Shown: positions 23,901-33,636, numbered from the stretch's first letter. The stretch is 33,940 bases of DNA from Pelomyxa schiedti (GCA_020536535.1 JAHLWZ010000981.1:1-33940), one strand, 5' to 3'. Numbers and translations are program-made. Notes: generated from the sequence alone by a model not told the origin.

Positions 23901-25226
23901 CCCAGCTATTTGGTCCACAATATTGTAGAACTGGTGCAACGTGAATTTGTTTCCTTTTGCTTTGGAGCACTCTGCCCATCTCAAGCAAAATTATGCTCCT
24001 CGGCACTGAAGACACTCTGTTTCATCTCAAGCATTCCATTTGGCTTTGAGGCAATCAATTCCGTTTATGATGTTGGGAAAATTATCGCAAAGATAAAGAC
24101 TTGTAAACCAAATACTGTAGAATCTCTTCTGTATCTTCTTAAGAGCTCTGTGCATGACACTCCTTCTGCCCAAAGTGCCCAGTCACAACTGGACAAGCTG
24201 CCAATTTTGGAATCATTCGCAATGTACGGCAAGGGGCACAAGCTCTATCTTGATGTTTACACGAAGCTACTTCGATACAGCTCCCCAAGCCCACCCAAAT
24301 TTTTAGCCCCGGCTCCCCCAACCTCCACGGGGGGAGGAGGAAAGATATGCCAATCCCATCATCCCGATATCCTCTGCTTCGCCTGCTACCGCTTTGACCA
24401 ATTCCACTTCTGCATCACCTGCGACGGCCCCTCCTCCTCCCGTAATTACTGCCGCGGCTGCATCGCAGCTTCCCACTACCGGCACGAAATCAGCCCCCCA
24501 ACGCTCCTCGTGGCCTCCTGCTGCTGCGCCCCAGCGGGCGAGACCACCGCCCTGACAATTATAGCCACAGACCCCAATCCCCCTCCCGAGCCAGAAAATC
24601 CCTCCGGCGGCGGCGGCATCGACCTGAGCAAGGAGCTGCAGGCGGCACTCCCGCTGGGATGCAGGCTGGGCCCCGGGCAGTTCAAGGTGCTCCCGCAGCA
24701 GAGCGCCGTGCACGTCCCCGACGCCCGGCGGTACCTGCTGATCAGGGTGCACACGGAGCGCCACTTCGACATCCACAGGGTCGCCCAGGCCCTGCAGACC
24801 GCGGCGGCCGCGGAGCTTCTGCTGTGCGCCGCGAGGTTCCCGCGGGTGGGCAACGGGGGGACCCTGCAGAGCCTCTCCCCGCTCGCGCTGCACAGGATAG
24901 GCCAGTTCCTGTGCCCCAGCCCGGCGCTCCTGCGGCTCCTCGTTTCCCACAGCATGAGAATAATGGAGGGTCCTGGGCCCTGCACGGGAAGCCAGCCGGG
25001 GGCTTCCAAGGTGTCTGCATTGTTGAAGAACCAACCACAGTATACAAAGGGAGTGGAGGTTCCGTGTGAGGCTCATTTGCCTGTGTGCAAACACTGCTGG
25101 ATGCAGTTTGAGAGGTGTCAGTGTCCTGTGGTGGACAACTACTGGTGCAGGAACAGTGGCATGATCATATCTAAGTGTCCTTGTGGCTGTAGACAACGTG
25201 TTTTGGATATACAGTCTGGGTGGTGA
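20946..25226 (+). CDS. Intronless 1426-aa ARM/HEAT-like helical-repeat protein with UBR/B-box-like Cys/His cluster and C-terminal Cys cluster
   Basis: 4.3-kb uninterrupted ORF. ARM-like GLMEAIVVVMNSHPSNVDVQVIGC; CITC...YCRGCIAASHYRH...SCCC at ~24410-24530; terminal CKHC...CQC...CPCGC. Confidence 0.8.
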   Translation: MADRRTHEPQAESVGMTVSPATGTPTTTSLLSTPNAQQTAELSPTCDLLYRIASQSVKNLVQEYQDTQTSCSLPAFRGPVPVTGPVPLSASSSPPRPRLGPVPWSRWILRVEAGLVGCTDRLVMSYSLTTLHSLLSLLRARRKFLASLPPRPPSPQSSMPRLLHGIMGGGDDDDENESQCKIDDGVMLKLWELVSWVTLAFKTGRMKSIIVASGQCLRLFVLEGHAAQIPNWQCRVPEIAKAVQTVFTECTSMSLVVAVACRVTAALHKIRVIRALVPIDDLLPQIDRKIQSFCSWADWEREPGAPEIADAMCRLLEAKYRRGQQEPYQVSRRDVEWVAMLLKMNLPLRLTEKLVVITNTIATDALAVQDSHLLISPALACLKRHCYCDCYLSSTPKTCVTSPNLCVALHALLKHANNAIFLPSQLKIFHSVLSCGLMEAIVVVMNSHPSNVDVQVIGCQMIQLLLSGSYRQFSTIHPVVQAVLRAIDSCPDMGPFQDFALSVLLALVNYPRFASHRTVLGAVLRLKNRSETVWEVIAKASESHLEVNDAVEILHDLVAYLRPIIPLSPELAGNALKVVLHVVGHTGDSAAALQDLYWVSENFNPFSYPEVCEFIERMAVLSVPHLIDMGALNILMPALSSSKSIVPGCNAVMTLFQDNEMKDAISSKMKPVVIAAIEMLGPTSTTSEVYHLWRTLAALITSGRSTHLSSELQPVVTCILSGECSMLSHRVYEHILFLSKSESCSFLPVMQNIPELFPPQSFSKVAADIVDRMITSLGKDCRNSFPIPVPLVELLLEFALSVDEYISQSTWRSLIRLLKFKSGLETALKLCVIDILPHLAENIEKKEKRTQQEALKMLVRTFNCLQPHNIPRDTFLSYIQALLEQFSYIQRASFGVVWRGIACYFTGSSSSTLWEDVLLVMKKCPGLYKVQILALKTLHHSLALEHIKAINPSIEIISGTLSKEGKLSRNVRWCKWAFRVVTQSHPSYLVHNIVELVQREFVSFCFGALCPSQAKLCSSALKTLCFISSIPFGFEAINSVYDVGKIIAKIKTCKPNTVESLLYLLKSSVHDTPSAQSAQSQLDKLPILESFAMYGKGHKLYLDVYTKLLRYSSPSPPKFLAPAPPTSTGGGGKICQSHHPDILCFACYRFDQFHFCITCDGPSSSRNYCRGCIAASHYRHEISPPTLLVASCCCAPAGETTALTIIATDPNPPPEPENPSGGGGIDLSKELQAALPLGCRLGPGQFKVLPQQSAVHVPDARRYLLIRVHTERHFDIHRVAQALQTAAAAELLLCAARFPRVGNGGTLQSLSPLALHRIGQFLCPSPALLRLLVSHSMRIMEGPGPCTGSQPGASKVSALLKNQPQYTKGVEVPCEAHLPVCKHCWMQFERCQCPVVDNYWCRNSGMIISKCPCGCRQRVLDIQSGW

Positions 25227-25306
25227 AAAGAGCCACTTGTTTTACTGTGTTCATAAGAAGAGTTTGGTCTTTCATAGGCTTTTTTTGTTCCGAAATACTT
25301 TTTTTT

Positions 25307-26627
25307 TTATTCACCATCCCAAAAAACCTCTGGTGTTAAGCCAGTGAACTTGTTAAGCATAATCTGAGAGCTTATTCTCATGTGTTGGTCTTCAGCTGCT
25401 ATAGAAGCCAGGTCTGATTTCAAAAGGTTCAGTAATTGGTGCCACAAGAGGGAAAAATTTACCATCTGAGTCCAAACAAAAGTCCAATATTTTACTGTTT
25501 TCAGCCATCCGTTGGAGATTTGTAGTTTTAGGAATAATAGTGGCTCCCATTTGTAGTCCCCACCTGAGGGCAACTTGCGCTTTTTAAAGTCAATAGACGG
25601 TTTTATGAGATGGCCCCAAACCTGTAGTCTTATTATATTTGCCTGCAATTCTGTTCAGTGTTGCGTTTTGTAACACATTGGGCATTGATGGTCTCGTTGG
25701 ACTAAAGGGTTTATTATAGGTTTTCTAAGATGAGTGACGACAAAAGGATACTGCAATACCGAACTGGTCATTGCCACCTAAAGGGCTGTACGCAGTCAAA
25801 CAAATTCTCCGTAATGAACAGTATTCTCTAAGTTTTGCTTGCTGGCATAATGGGTGCATTTCCACTTGGACAACAGAGGGCTTGATTCTTGCTTCCATCC
25901 ACAATTTTTCAATTTTAACGGAAGTAAAGTTGGAAACTAAAACGCGAGTTTAGTGAACAAAAAAAAGTAATGGAATTGTAGAGTAACCTCCAAGGTTTTT
26001 CACAAGGTTCCCATCAACTAATTTTTCCATTTCTTTCCAAGTTTGAATGGCAGGCACGGGAGGAAGGAAATCATCTGCTCGTGGAGGAAGTGCATGATTT
26101 TTCCTCAACGATACTGGCCAATGAACTAAACGAAAGCGACGTGTGTGTAGGAAATCTGATAAATTTGCTCACTTAAATACAAATCAATGTAATCTAAGCC
26201 GAGGTCCTCAAGAGTTCGCATAAAAGCAGGCCGAACATCTTCTGGAGCATGAAAGGTACACCTTGATTTTATATTATTCCTCGAGTGCCCAATACACCCA
26301 GGTTTTTACCACAATTTGCTGGTAACCCAAATATCCTGGCGTCTAATCCCTTTGGCAAACGCTTCCTTAAGGGCCTCCCCAACCTCCCTCTCCGTGCCAT
26401 AAAATCCAGCACAATCGACATGCCTCCGCATAGAGTTACAAAACAAAACAAAACAAAAAAAAAAAAGGAAAAAGCAAGCTGCACTACCTGTAGCCACAAT
26501 TTAGTACGGCGTGCAACACAACATCTCTGATCACACCCGGCGAATAAGCAGGGGCCCACGTTCCCACCCCCAGTCTTGGCATCACATCGCCAGACATAAG
26601 CGACATTCCAACACTCAGATCTTGCAT
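25307..26627 (-). CDS. Aldo-keto reductase (AKR1A-like NADPH-dependent), multi-exon
   Basis: [12 protein letters not shown]|[11 protein letters not shown] (catalytic Asp/Tyr), [18 protein letters not shown]|VHWP, GVT|[15 protein letters not shown] (corresponds to NQIE.HP), AYSPLGG, IPKSS. Confidence 0.93.
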
Positions 26628-26735
26628 TCAATGCAACCGGTACCCCCTCTCGCTGCGCGTATTTTTGTTTTCCTTTTTCTCAACAGATCGCCGTTTCGTC
26701 TTCTCGCACAAAAACCCAAGACAGGTTGGCAGGAG

Positions 26736-28181
26736 ATGCCGGTCGTCGGAAATTGCCATTGGTTTTTTTTTGTGGGTGTCTAATGAAGTGCTACAGTTCG
26801 CACGACAAACGAAAATCGAGAATGCACACGACGAGGGGATCTGGGCTGTAGATTGGCGTGGAAACCGGGTTGCCACTGGCAGTGTGGCGTCACGTGCGCG
26901 TGTTAAGACATGGTAAGATCTTCCTGTTTTATGTTGGGGTTTTTGTTTTCCTGTGTGTTGTGTGCCGTGCTCGCCATGTAGGTTACATTCTACGTTGTTA
27001 TTGCATGACAAACGATCCAACATTAAAATTGTAGTAATATGACACGGACAGGAAGAGCAAACCAGAACCCGCTCAAGAGCATATTCTCGAGCGAGCAAAC
27101 CTCGGAATAGTATCTGTTTCACTATCTCCCACCAGTTCTTGTATGCCCACTCTTTTTTTCCCACGCATTCCAATCATATCTAAAGTGTTGGCTACATCGA
27201 GTCTGGATAGTTGTATACGACTATGGGATCTTAGAGAAGGTTTTGGCTTAAAACTTACCCTCTGTTCTTACTTTTGGAACTTTTGAATGTCAGTACAACC
27301 TGCACTCCTGCACGAAATTGAATGTGACCCGGTGGAGGCCTGGGCTTTGAAAGTCAGCCCCGACGCCAGAAGCGTAGCAGTTACTGGGCAATCCGGAAAC
27401 ATAACCTTTTATAGTACTGAGACAGCACAAAAAGGGATGGTGGGTCAACACTTCTCAAACTACCAACTATTGAAAAAATACTTCAGATTCTATCTCCGGG
27501 TGGCAAATTTACTATGAGTGTAGCCTTCAGTGGCGATGGGAGATTTGTTGCTTGTGGCGCTTCTGATGGCGCTGTAACACTTTTCGAAGTTGCAACAGGA
27601 AGAAAAGTATACTCACTTCCAGGTCTAGAAGTAGTAAATTCGAATTGTTTAACTCTAAATTAGGCCATGCAATGACAGTAAGATCTCTTGCCTTTTCTCC
27701 TGATTCCACACTGCTTTTCACTGGATGTGATGATAGGCACACAAATGTGTATGATGTGTATGTTTTGTTCTGTCATAATTTTGTGGTTTTAAGTGCATTA
27801 TTTCTCTTTGAATACAGGCAAGAAGGTGAACTTGTCTACAGTTTATCTGGACACTCTTCTTGGGTTCTCTCGGTAAATGCCAACCCAGCAGCAAAGCTCA
27901 TTGCAACCGGGTTTGTACTCTTGCATGTACTTGATGCCCTTCTAATTGTTCATCAGGTCCAGTGACAAGACCGTCAAAATATGGGACTTGACCACTCACA
28001 AGTGCGTGCACACATTCACTGATCACCAAGATCAGGCATTTTCCCCCTTCTCCCTGTAACGGATAGCCTTCATTAACAACAATAAACACAGGTATGGTCA
28101 GTAGCGCACAACGAACAAGGAACTGAACTGGCGTCCGTATCCGACGACAAGGCCCTTATCTTCTACTCTGTTTCACCTTGA
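26736..28181 (+). CDS. WDR61: WD40-repeat protein WDR61/Ski8 (SKI and PAF1 complex subunit)
   Basis: MP|[89 protein letters not shown]|VWSV, SVSDDK; TGA 28179-28181. Confidence 0.9.
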
Positions 28182-28342
28182 AACCACGAAAAAAACACGG
28201 TCACCACACTTCTCAGAACGCTTCTTGGGACAACTGATTGCGCATTTTCAGAAAAAGGAAGGAAGGAAAAAAAAAGGGTCGGACGTTTGTGGGTCCCCAG
28301 TTTTCTAATGGAAGATCCCACAAAAGTTGCAACACAAATCAC

Positions 28343-29578
28343 ATGGCAGAGGGACAACCTGGGGTACTACCGTTTGCTACGCCTTGTACACTTGAACCGC
28401 CAGCACACATCCTCCGGGCACGCGACCAACTTGCGGCGCTGCTCCATGGGCTCGTGGAGCGCTGCGGGGCCCACAGCGCCGTGGCCGGGCTCGCCAAGAG
28501 CACAGTCACCGACGAGATCGGCGCCCACTGGGTCTTGCACGTCGACAGGAGGGTCGTGGTCAGTGGCTGCAATCTTGTGCCGCAAGTTGGTCGGGACGGC
28601 GGGAGGGGTGTGGGGGAGAACCACTACTATGGTAAGAGTTGCATGGGGTATGTCGACCTGGTGTGCATTGGAGTCTCCCTGACTTTGGGGGTGGTGGATC
28701 TCTGGGGCCGTGCCAATGTGGATCAGAGCTGGCTTGCATTCGACGCGGGCTGGGTTGGCCACGGCCGCCTGCTTACGCTCTCTGGTCTACTCAACTTTAT
28801 GACAGGGACCATGGAGGCTGCTTTTAGCTTGAATGCAGACGCTGCGGTGAAGGGGCGAAAGTGGGTGGTGATGATCAGTCCATTCTCGTGGGTACGCAGC
28901 ATTATTGTCTGTCCTGTATGTGAGCTACATGAACCCGTTGCAGCCCTCATTCATACAGTGGAAGTGGGAAGGAGGGTCTATTCAGTTCTGGCGATGCTTG
29001 ATGGGGATGAGGCTGTTGTGACAGTGGATGGGGATCTGGGAGACAGCGAGCTATGGTGTGTTGACCTGAACCAATCTTACGAATCGGGCAAGCTGGTTCG
29101 CACTGACAGTGGAATTGCAATTCCCGTCACCAGCTACGACTGTGTGGTGCCTTACATTTTTCGGAAAAAGCAGGGGCAGAAAGTGATTGTGGAAGGCGCC
29201 AACCTGGGGCCCTGCACTGTCCCGAGATATGCTCTGGAGCTTCCCAGTGCTTTGAAGTCACGTCCGCCGCCCCGTGCGCTTCTTCGGCGAGATGACAGTC
29301 AACGGCTATTGTGGCAGGTGGACAATGATCACTTTGCGGCAAAGGAAAACAACAACCACCAGGAGCTGAAAATCTTCAGCACAGATGACTGTGAAACCCC
29401 CCTTCGTGTCTTTCCTGTGCTCAACTGGAGGCTGTTTGACTGTGGAAATGGCTTCATTGTGTTCCAAGAATATGAATGTTCATGCATTGACCTCGTTGAT
29501 GCTGTCACTGGCACTTGGATATTGCGCCAACCAACACCAACAGCCAACTCTTTGGGAATTGCCATCTGCACCTCATGA
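28343..29578 (+). CDS. Intronless ARDQ-family hypothetical protein (N-terminal helical motif plus predicted beta-rich C-terminus), 411 aa
   Basis: Single ORF from ATG 28343 with RARDQLAALL...RCGAHS...EIGAHWV, GVSLTLGVV, KWVV, LWCVDL..SY and IDLVDAVTG.WI. A paralogous fragment lies in the same window. Confidence 0.8.
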   Translation: MAEGQPGVLPFATPCTLEPPAHILRARDQLAALLHGLVERCGAHSAVAGLAKSTVTDEIGAHWVLHVDRRVVVSGCNLVPQVGRDGGRGVGENHYYGKSCMGYVDLVCIGVSLTLGVVDLWGRANVDQSWLAFDAGWVGHGRLLTLSGLLNFMTGTMEAAFSLNADAAVKGRKWVVMISPFSWVRSIIVCPVCELHEPVAALIHTVEVGRRVYSVLAMLDGDEAVVTVDGDLGDSELWCVDLNQSYESGKLVRTDSGIAIPVTSYDCVVPYIFRKKQGQKVIVEGANLGPCTVPRYALELPSALKSRPPPRALLRRDDSQRLLWQVDNDHFAAKENNNHQELKIFSTDDCETPLRVFPVLNWRLFDCGNGFIVFQEYECSCIDLVDAVTGTWILRQPTPTANSLGIAICTS

Positions 29579-29593
29579 AACTTTTTCTTGCCT

Positions 29594-29689
29594 TTGCTTG
29601 CTGTGAATAAACATTTTTCGTGGTGGTAGGTGGCTAATAGACACAATTCTCATCCTTTTTCAGGGCTACTTTACACAAAAAACCTACCA
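29594..29689 (+). repeat. Left arm of a perfect 96-bp inverted repeat (partner 30265-30360)
   Basis: ttgcttgctgtgaataaac...aaaaaacctacca is the reverse complement of 30265-30360. Confidence 0.95.
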
Positions 29690-32600
29690 CACACGCAATC
29701 CCAGCACTGGGGGAGCAGTGACCTGGCCCCACCAAGGTCCCCATATCCACACTGTGCCATCAAAGGCAACAGCAGTAGCACCCTGCAAGCACAAGTGCTG
29801 AGCACACACCCATTCCTCAGACCCTTGAAATGCCCACACACCCATTTTTCCACTGTCCAGGTGATGCCCGGTGTGCATTCCGCGCTGGTTCGAGTCGTTG
29901 ATGACAATCACATCACCGCTGGATGGTTGCTGCTGCTGCTTGGAATTGGGTACAATTCCGGAGAGAATCCCGCTGGTTCCCGGGCCGCTCCCGGAATTGG
30001 TCATTGCTGTTGGTGCTGAAACGGGCCCACCATTCATAGGCAACGAAGTGCTGACAGTGGCCAAGTTGCTGATGGCATTCCCGGAGTTGAGCCCGCTGGA
30101 ACTGGCAACAACAACCGCGTTTGGTGACACAGGGGAAGAAGGGGGAGCCGGAGCGGTGGGTGACGGGGATGAGGATGAGGATGAAGCCGAGGAGAGGGGA
30201 GGTGATACAACCGGCGGCGGACACACGCACGCAATGGCGTGCGGCATGACGGGAGGGTTGGTGTTGGTAGGTTTTTTGTGTAAAGTAGCCCTGAAAAAGG
30301 ATGAGAATTGTGTCTATTAGCCACCTACCACCACGAAAAATGTTTATTCACAGCAAGCAATGGCGTGCGGCATGACGGGAGGGTTGGTGTTGGTGAGGGA
30401 TGTAGGGGGAGGGGGGATCGAGCGCCACCGCGTCCTAGAGCAGTCAAACTCCCAAACATCGCTGAGGTGAGCCAGGTCACAGCCAATGCCGCCGCATATG
30501 ACCCACAAAGGGTCATTAGCTCCGCCGGCACAGGCATGGCCACAGCGTTCTTGTGGCCAACTCGAACTCGAAATCGAGCTGACCTGGAAGTTGATGTTTG
30601 TTGCTGGTGATAGTGGCGATGATACGAGGGGTTGTGGGGTAGAGGCTGTGGCTGTCACTTCATTCCATGAATTCTGGGCTATGTTAAACTGCCACATATC
30701 CCCAAATATGGTGGGTGTCTCTTTGGTATTCCTGTTATTACACCACCATAAGCCTGTCTCATCACTTGACGGCCGTGCAGGGGCTGTTCCACCAAAAATA
30801 AACATGCTTCCTTGCCATATAAATACACTGTGTTTATATCTGGGCAGTGGAGCAACACCATAAGCCTTTGTATCGCAGGACTTGTCTGTTACATCAATAC
30901 TTGGTGATGAGACTAACCGGGAACTCACAGTTCCAGGGTGCAGTAATTTCCAGGTATGAGGAGGATTTCCATTAAGCAATAATACGTATACATCATTTAG
31001 AGGGGTCTTGTCATTAGATTTGCCACCAAAAATGTACATCAGGCCATCTTGAATGACAGCAGTGTGCTTGGAACGTGGGGGAGGTATTTCACCATCACAT
31101 TCCACAGACGACCAAGTATTTGTTGAGAAATCATATGATATCACTGTTGACACACAGGTGTTTGAAGTAGATTGAACTGGTGAGGCAATAGAGGGTGTCC
31201 GCTGAGCTGCTTGGTGTGAGTGGGGCGATGAGGGAGAAAATTGTGCACTCCTCGAGAGTGATGTTGAGGGTGATAGAGGGCCAACAGGAATAGATGGGGA
31301 TGGTGTGTGTGAAAGTGTCACATGGGACGTTGGTGTGAGCGTTTGTTGTGAAGTGGGTGTTGGTGGTCGTGTCTGACTTAGAGGATGTTGGCTTCCCCCC
31401 ACCTCAATACCACCAAAGACAAACATTTTGCCACTATGAACGACAGCTGTGTGAAACTTTCGGGGTAGGAAAACCTTGGAGTTGTCTTCTGGATAGCGTA
31501 TCAATAGTTTCGGTGTTGACTCTTCGTCCTAAGTTTTGTCACTGTTGTAACCACTAAAAGAAAGATGCTTACTCGGCCTACTGGATCACAGGAAGCCACC
31601 TCAACATTATTACCAGTGTTTAGTATCGACTTCTATTATATTATCAAAACGATGAAGCTTTCCAAACAGCATACATGGGACTGCAGCTCTATGGCAGGTT
31701 GCATTGCACCGGCATTCAAGTTCAAAAGGTCTTGAGTGTGCTGCGACCCCCCTGGAAATTGGTACTGGGGATTATTTTGCAGAAGTAGATGGAGTTGCTG
31801 TGCCTGTGCTTGCGTATTGAATGGACGTGATTGTCGTGTGGGTACTTGTACATGTTGGTGGTGATTGTAATGCTGTTGCACTTGTATATGCTGTTGCAAA
31901 ATATGTGGTGGCTGAGTTTGCATATGGATTTGTTGCAAATGGGATTGTTGCATTTGCAACTGTTGTTGCATTTGTTGTTGCTGTTGTTGCATTTGGAGTT
32001 GTTGCTGTTGCTGTTGCTGCATTTGCAACTGTTGTTGCTGTTGCATTTGCAACTGCTGCTGGTGTTGCATTTGTTGCTGTTGCTGTAACTGCTGTTGTAA
32101 CTGCTGTTGTTGCATTTGTTGCTGTTGTAGTTGCTGCTGCTGTTGTTGCAGTTGTTGTTCCTGAATGCGGTGCATCATTTCCTGTTGTGGATACTGTTGA
32201 ATCTGTGATGGTCGAGACAAAACTGGTGCAAGGGGGGATTGAACAGTGGAAACTTGAGTGACGCGCCTCCGCTTCGGTTGTAGCTCTGGTGATTGTGATC
32301 TTGCTGAAGTATTTTCTGTGTACACACTTGGTAATTGGCTATGGGAAGAATTGTGTGGGTGGTTCATTGCGGAGAAATGTGTTTGGATTTGCGGCAGCTG
32401 TAACTGTTGTAGTTGTGGTTGGACTTGCTGTTGTTGCTGTTGTTGTTGTTGCTGCTGCTGCTGCTGTTGTTGTTGTTTGGCCTACTAAAAGTTAACCATA
32501 GCAAAAAGAACGGTGCTTTCAACCTTGTCATACTCAATAATTCGTTTGGCAAGTACTTGCTTGGTCCCAGAAATCTTTTCTTCAGTTAGAAATGCAAGAG

Positions 32601-33022
32601 CAAAGGCAGTAATTATCACCTTTAGGCCACGCTTGCGGCATAGGTCTTTGAGTGATGTCAAGGTATTACTAGAAACCATGTCATTGGCTTCCCTACACTC
32701 TTGGGGCTGGTCGTGTGAGCTGAATCCCAGTCCAACAGAGAGAAGGAAGAATTAGATAGAATTCATGATTATTCTCACTAATACAGTGTTACATCGTAAT
32801 GTGTTTCGAGCATACAACTTGAAATTTAAGGAATATAATTAAAATTAATTTAATGCCTTTCATAAGGCGTGCAATCAACGAGCGAAAGAAAATGAAAGCA
32901 AAAGCCAAGGAAAAAAAAGAAGTAAAAAGTATTTTGACATTACGAAAGAGTCGACAAAAAAATACAGACCACGTGCATGACGCGGCTGGCATGTTACAAG
33001 TCTCACATCTTTCGTAGTCCAT
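29684..33022 (-). CDS. Cys-cluster - SAP domain - polyQ - Kelch-repeat protein; reading frame interrupted at ~30344 by an insertion
   Basis: ATG 33022 MDYERCETCNMPAASCT|CSH. SAP: TLTSLKDLCRKRGLK|ISGTKQVLAKRI. PolyQ tract. Kelch: PRKFHTAV..MFVFGG, PRSKHTAV..MYIFGG, PRYKHS..MFIFGG, ERCGHA..ICGG. The 30344-31504 and 29684-30247 ORFs are in the same frame. Confidence 0.8.
30231..30394. repeat. Inverted 96-bp copy (30265-30360) flanked by a 38-bp direct duplication (30231-30268 / 30357-30394)
   Basis: gcaatggcgtgcggcatgacgggagggttggtgttggt occurs twice, 126 bp apart. Confidence 0.95.
31940..32480 (-). repeat. CAA/CAG polyglutamine-coding repeats, including recurring QQQQLQM units
   Basis: Direct reading of tracts ~31940-32160 and ~32400-32480. 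Confidence 0.9.
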
Positions 33023-33103
33023 CGTCACACATGAAAGTTGGAAAAATGAGTGTATTTTGGTTTTTTCCTACTTCTTTTAATTCAAGCTCATAACTTTCGT
33101 TTT

Positions 33104-33636
33104 TCAACTTCGTGGTGAGTAAAAGCAATTCACAGCATTCAACAACTCCTCCCCCAGAATCTCCCTCACCCCACCATCCCCCAATCTCGCCCAAAGCGCC
33201 GCCGCAGACCCCGAGGTGGTGGATTTTCGATCCAGAAAGGAGGGCACCACTCCAATTGAGCCAATTGCCTCCCACTTGCGTCGGTGACCACAGCCAGCCT
33301 CGACATGCTCCTCGGTCTGTGGTTTCCTCCAAGGTCGGCTTGGGCACAGGCTTTTTTCTTCAACAGCCAGAAGGGATTTAATTAAATCGGCGTTCCAGGC
33401 GTCGTCGTGCGAGGGAGATGATAACGAGGGCGGTTTTGAGACGCGGTAGGGCATTGTGGGATGGGGCGGTAGGGGTGGTGAGAAATCTGCCGTGGATGGT
33501 GACGAGGTTTCTTCTTGGATTGGTGTACTACCCCTCTTTGATTGTCATTGTTCCTCTGAGGTATCCCACGTTGCTGTTGTTTTTCAATTTTTATTTGCAC
33601 CTCTTGGTTGCACTTATGGGATGTCATGTCGTCCAC
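33104..33636 (-). pseudogene. Possible broken hypothetical gene (two overlapping coding-like frames)
   Basis: ATG-initiated ORFs 33382-33636 and 33104-33454 overlap in different frames and are GC-richer than the flanks. No family recognised. Confidence 0.25.

Noticed and set aside
24303-25196. 297-aa minus-strand ORF and other ORFs nested in the 1426-aa gene
   Set aside because: Stop-poor GC-rich antisense or alternative frames with no recognisable motifs.
29594-30360. MITE/DNA transposon with 96-bp terminal inverted repeats
   Set aside because: The interior is the host Kelch gene's own C-terminal coding sequence, and the direct duplication flanks only the right arm rather than the whole unit.
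31821-32495. Val/Ala- and Leu-rich plus-strand ORFs that look like membrane proteins
   Set aside because: They are antisense shadows of the CAA/CAG polyQ tract.
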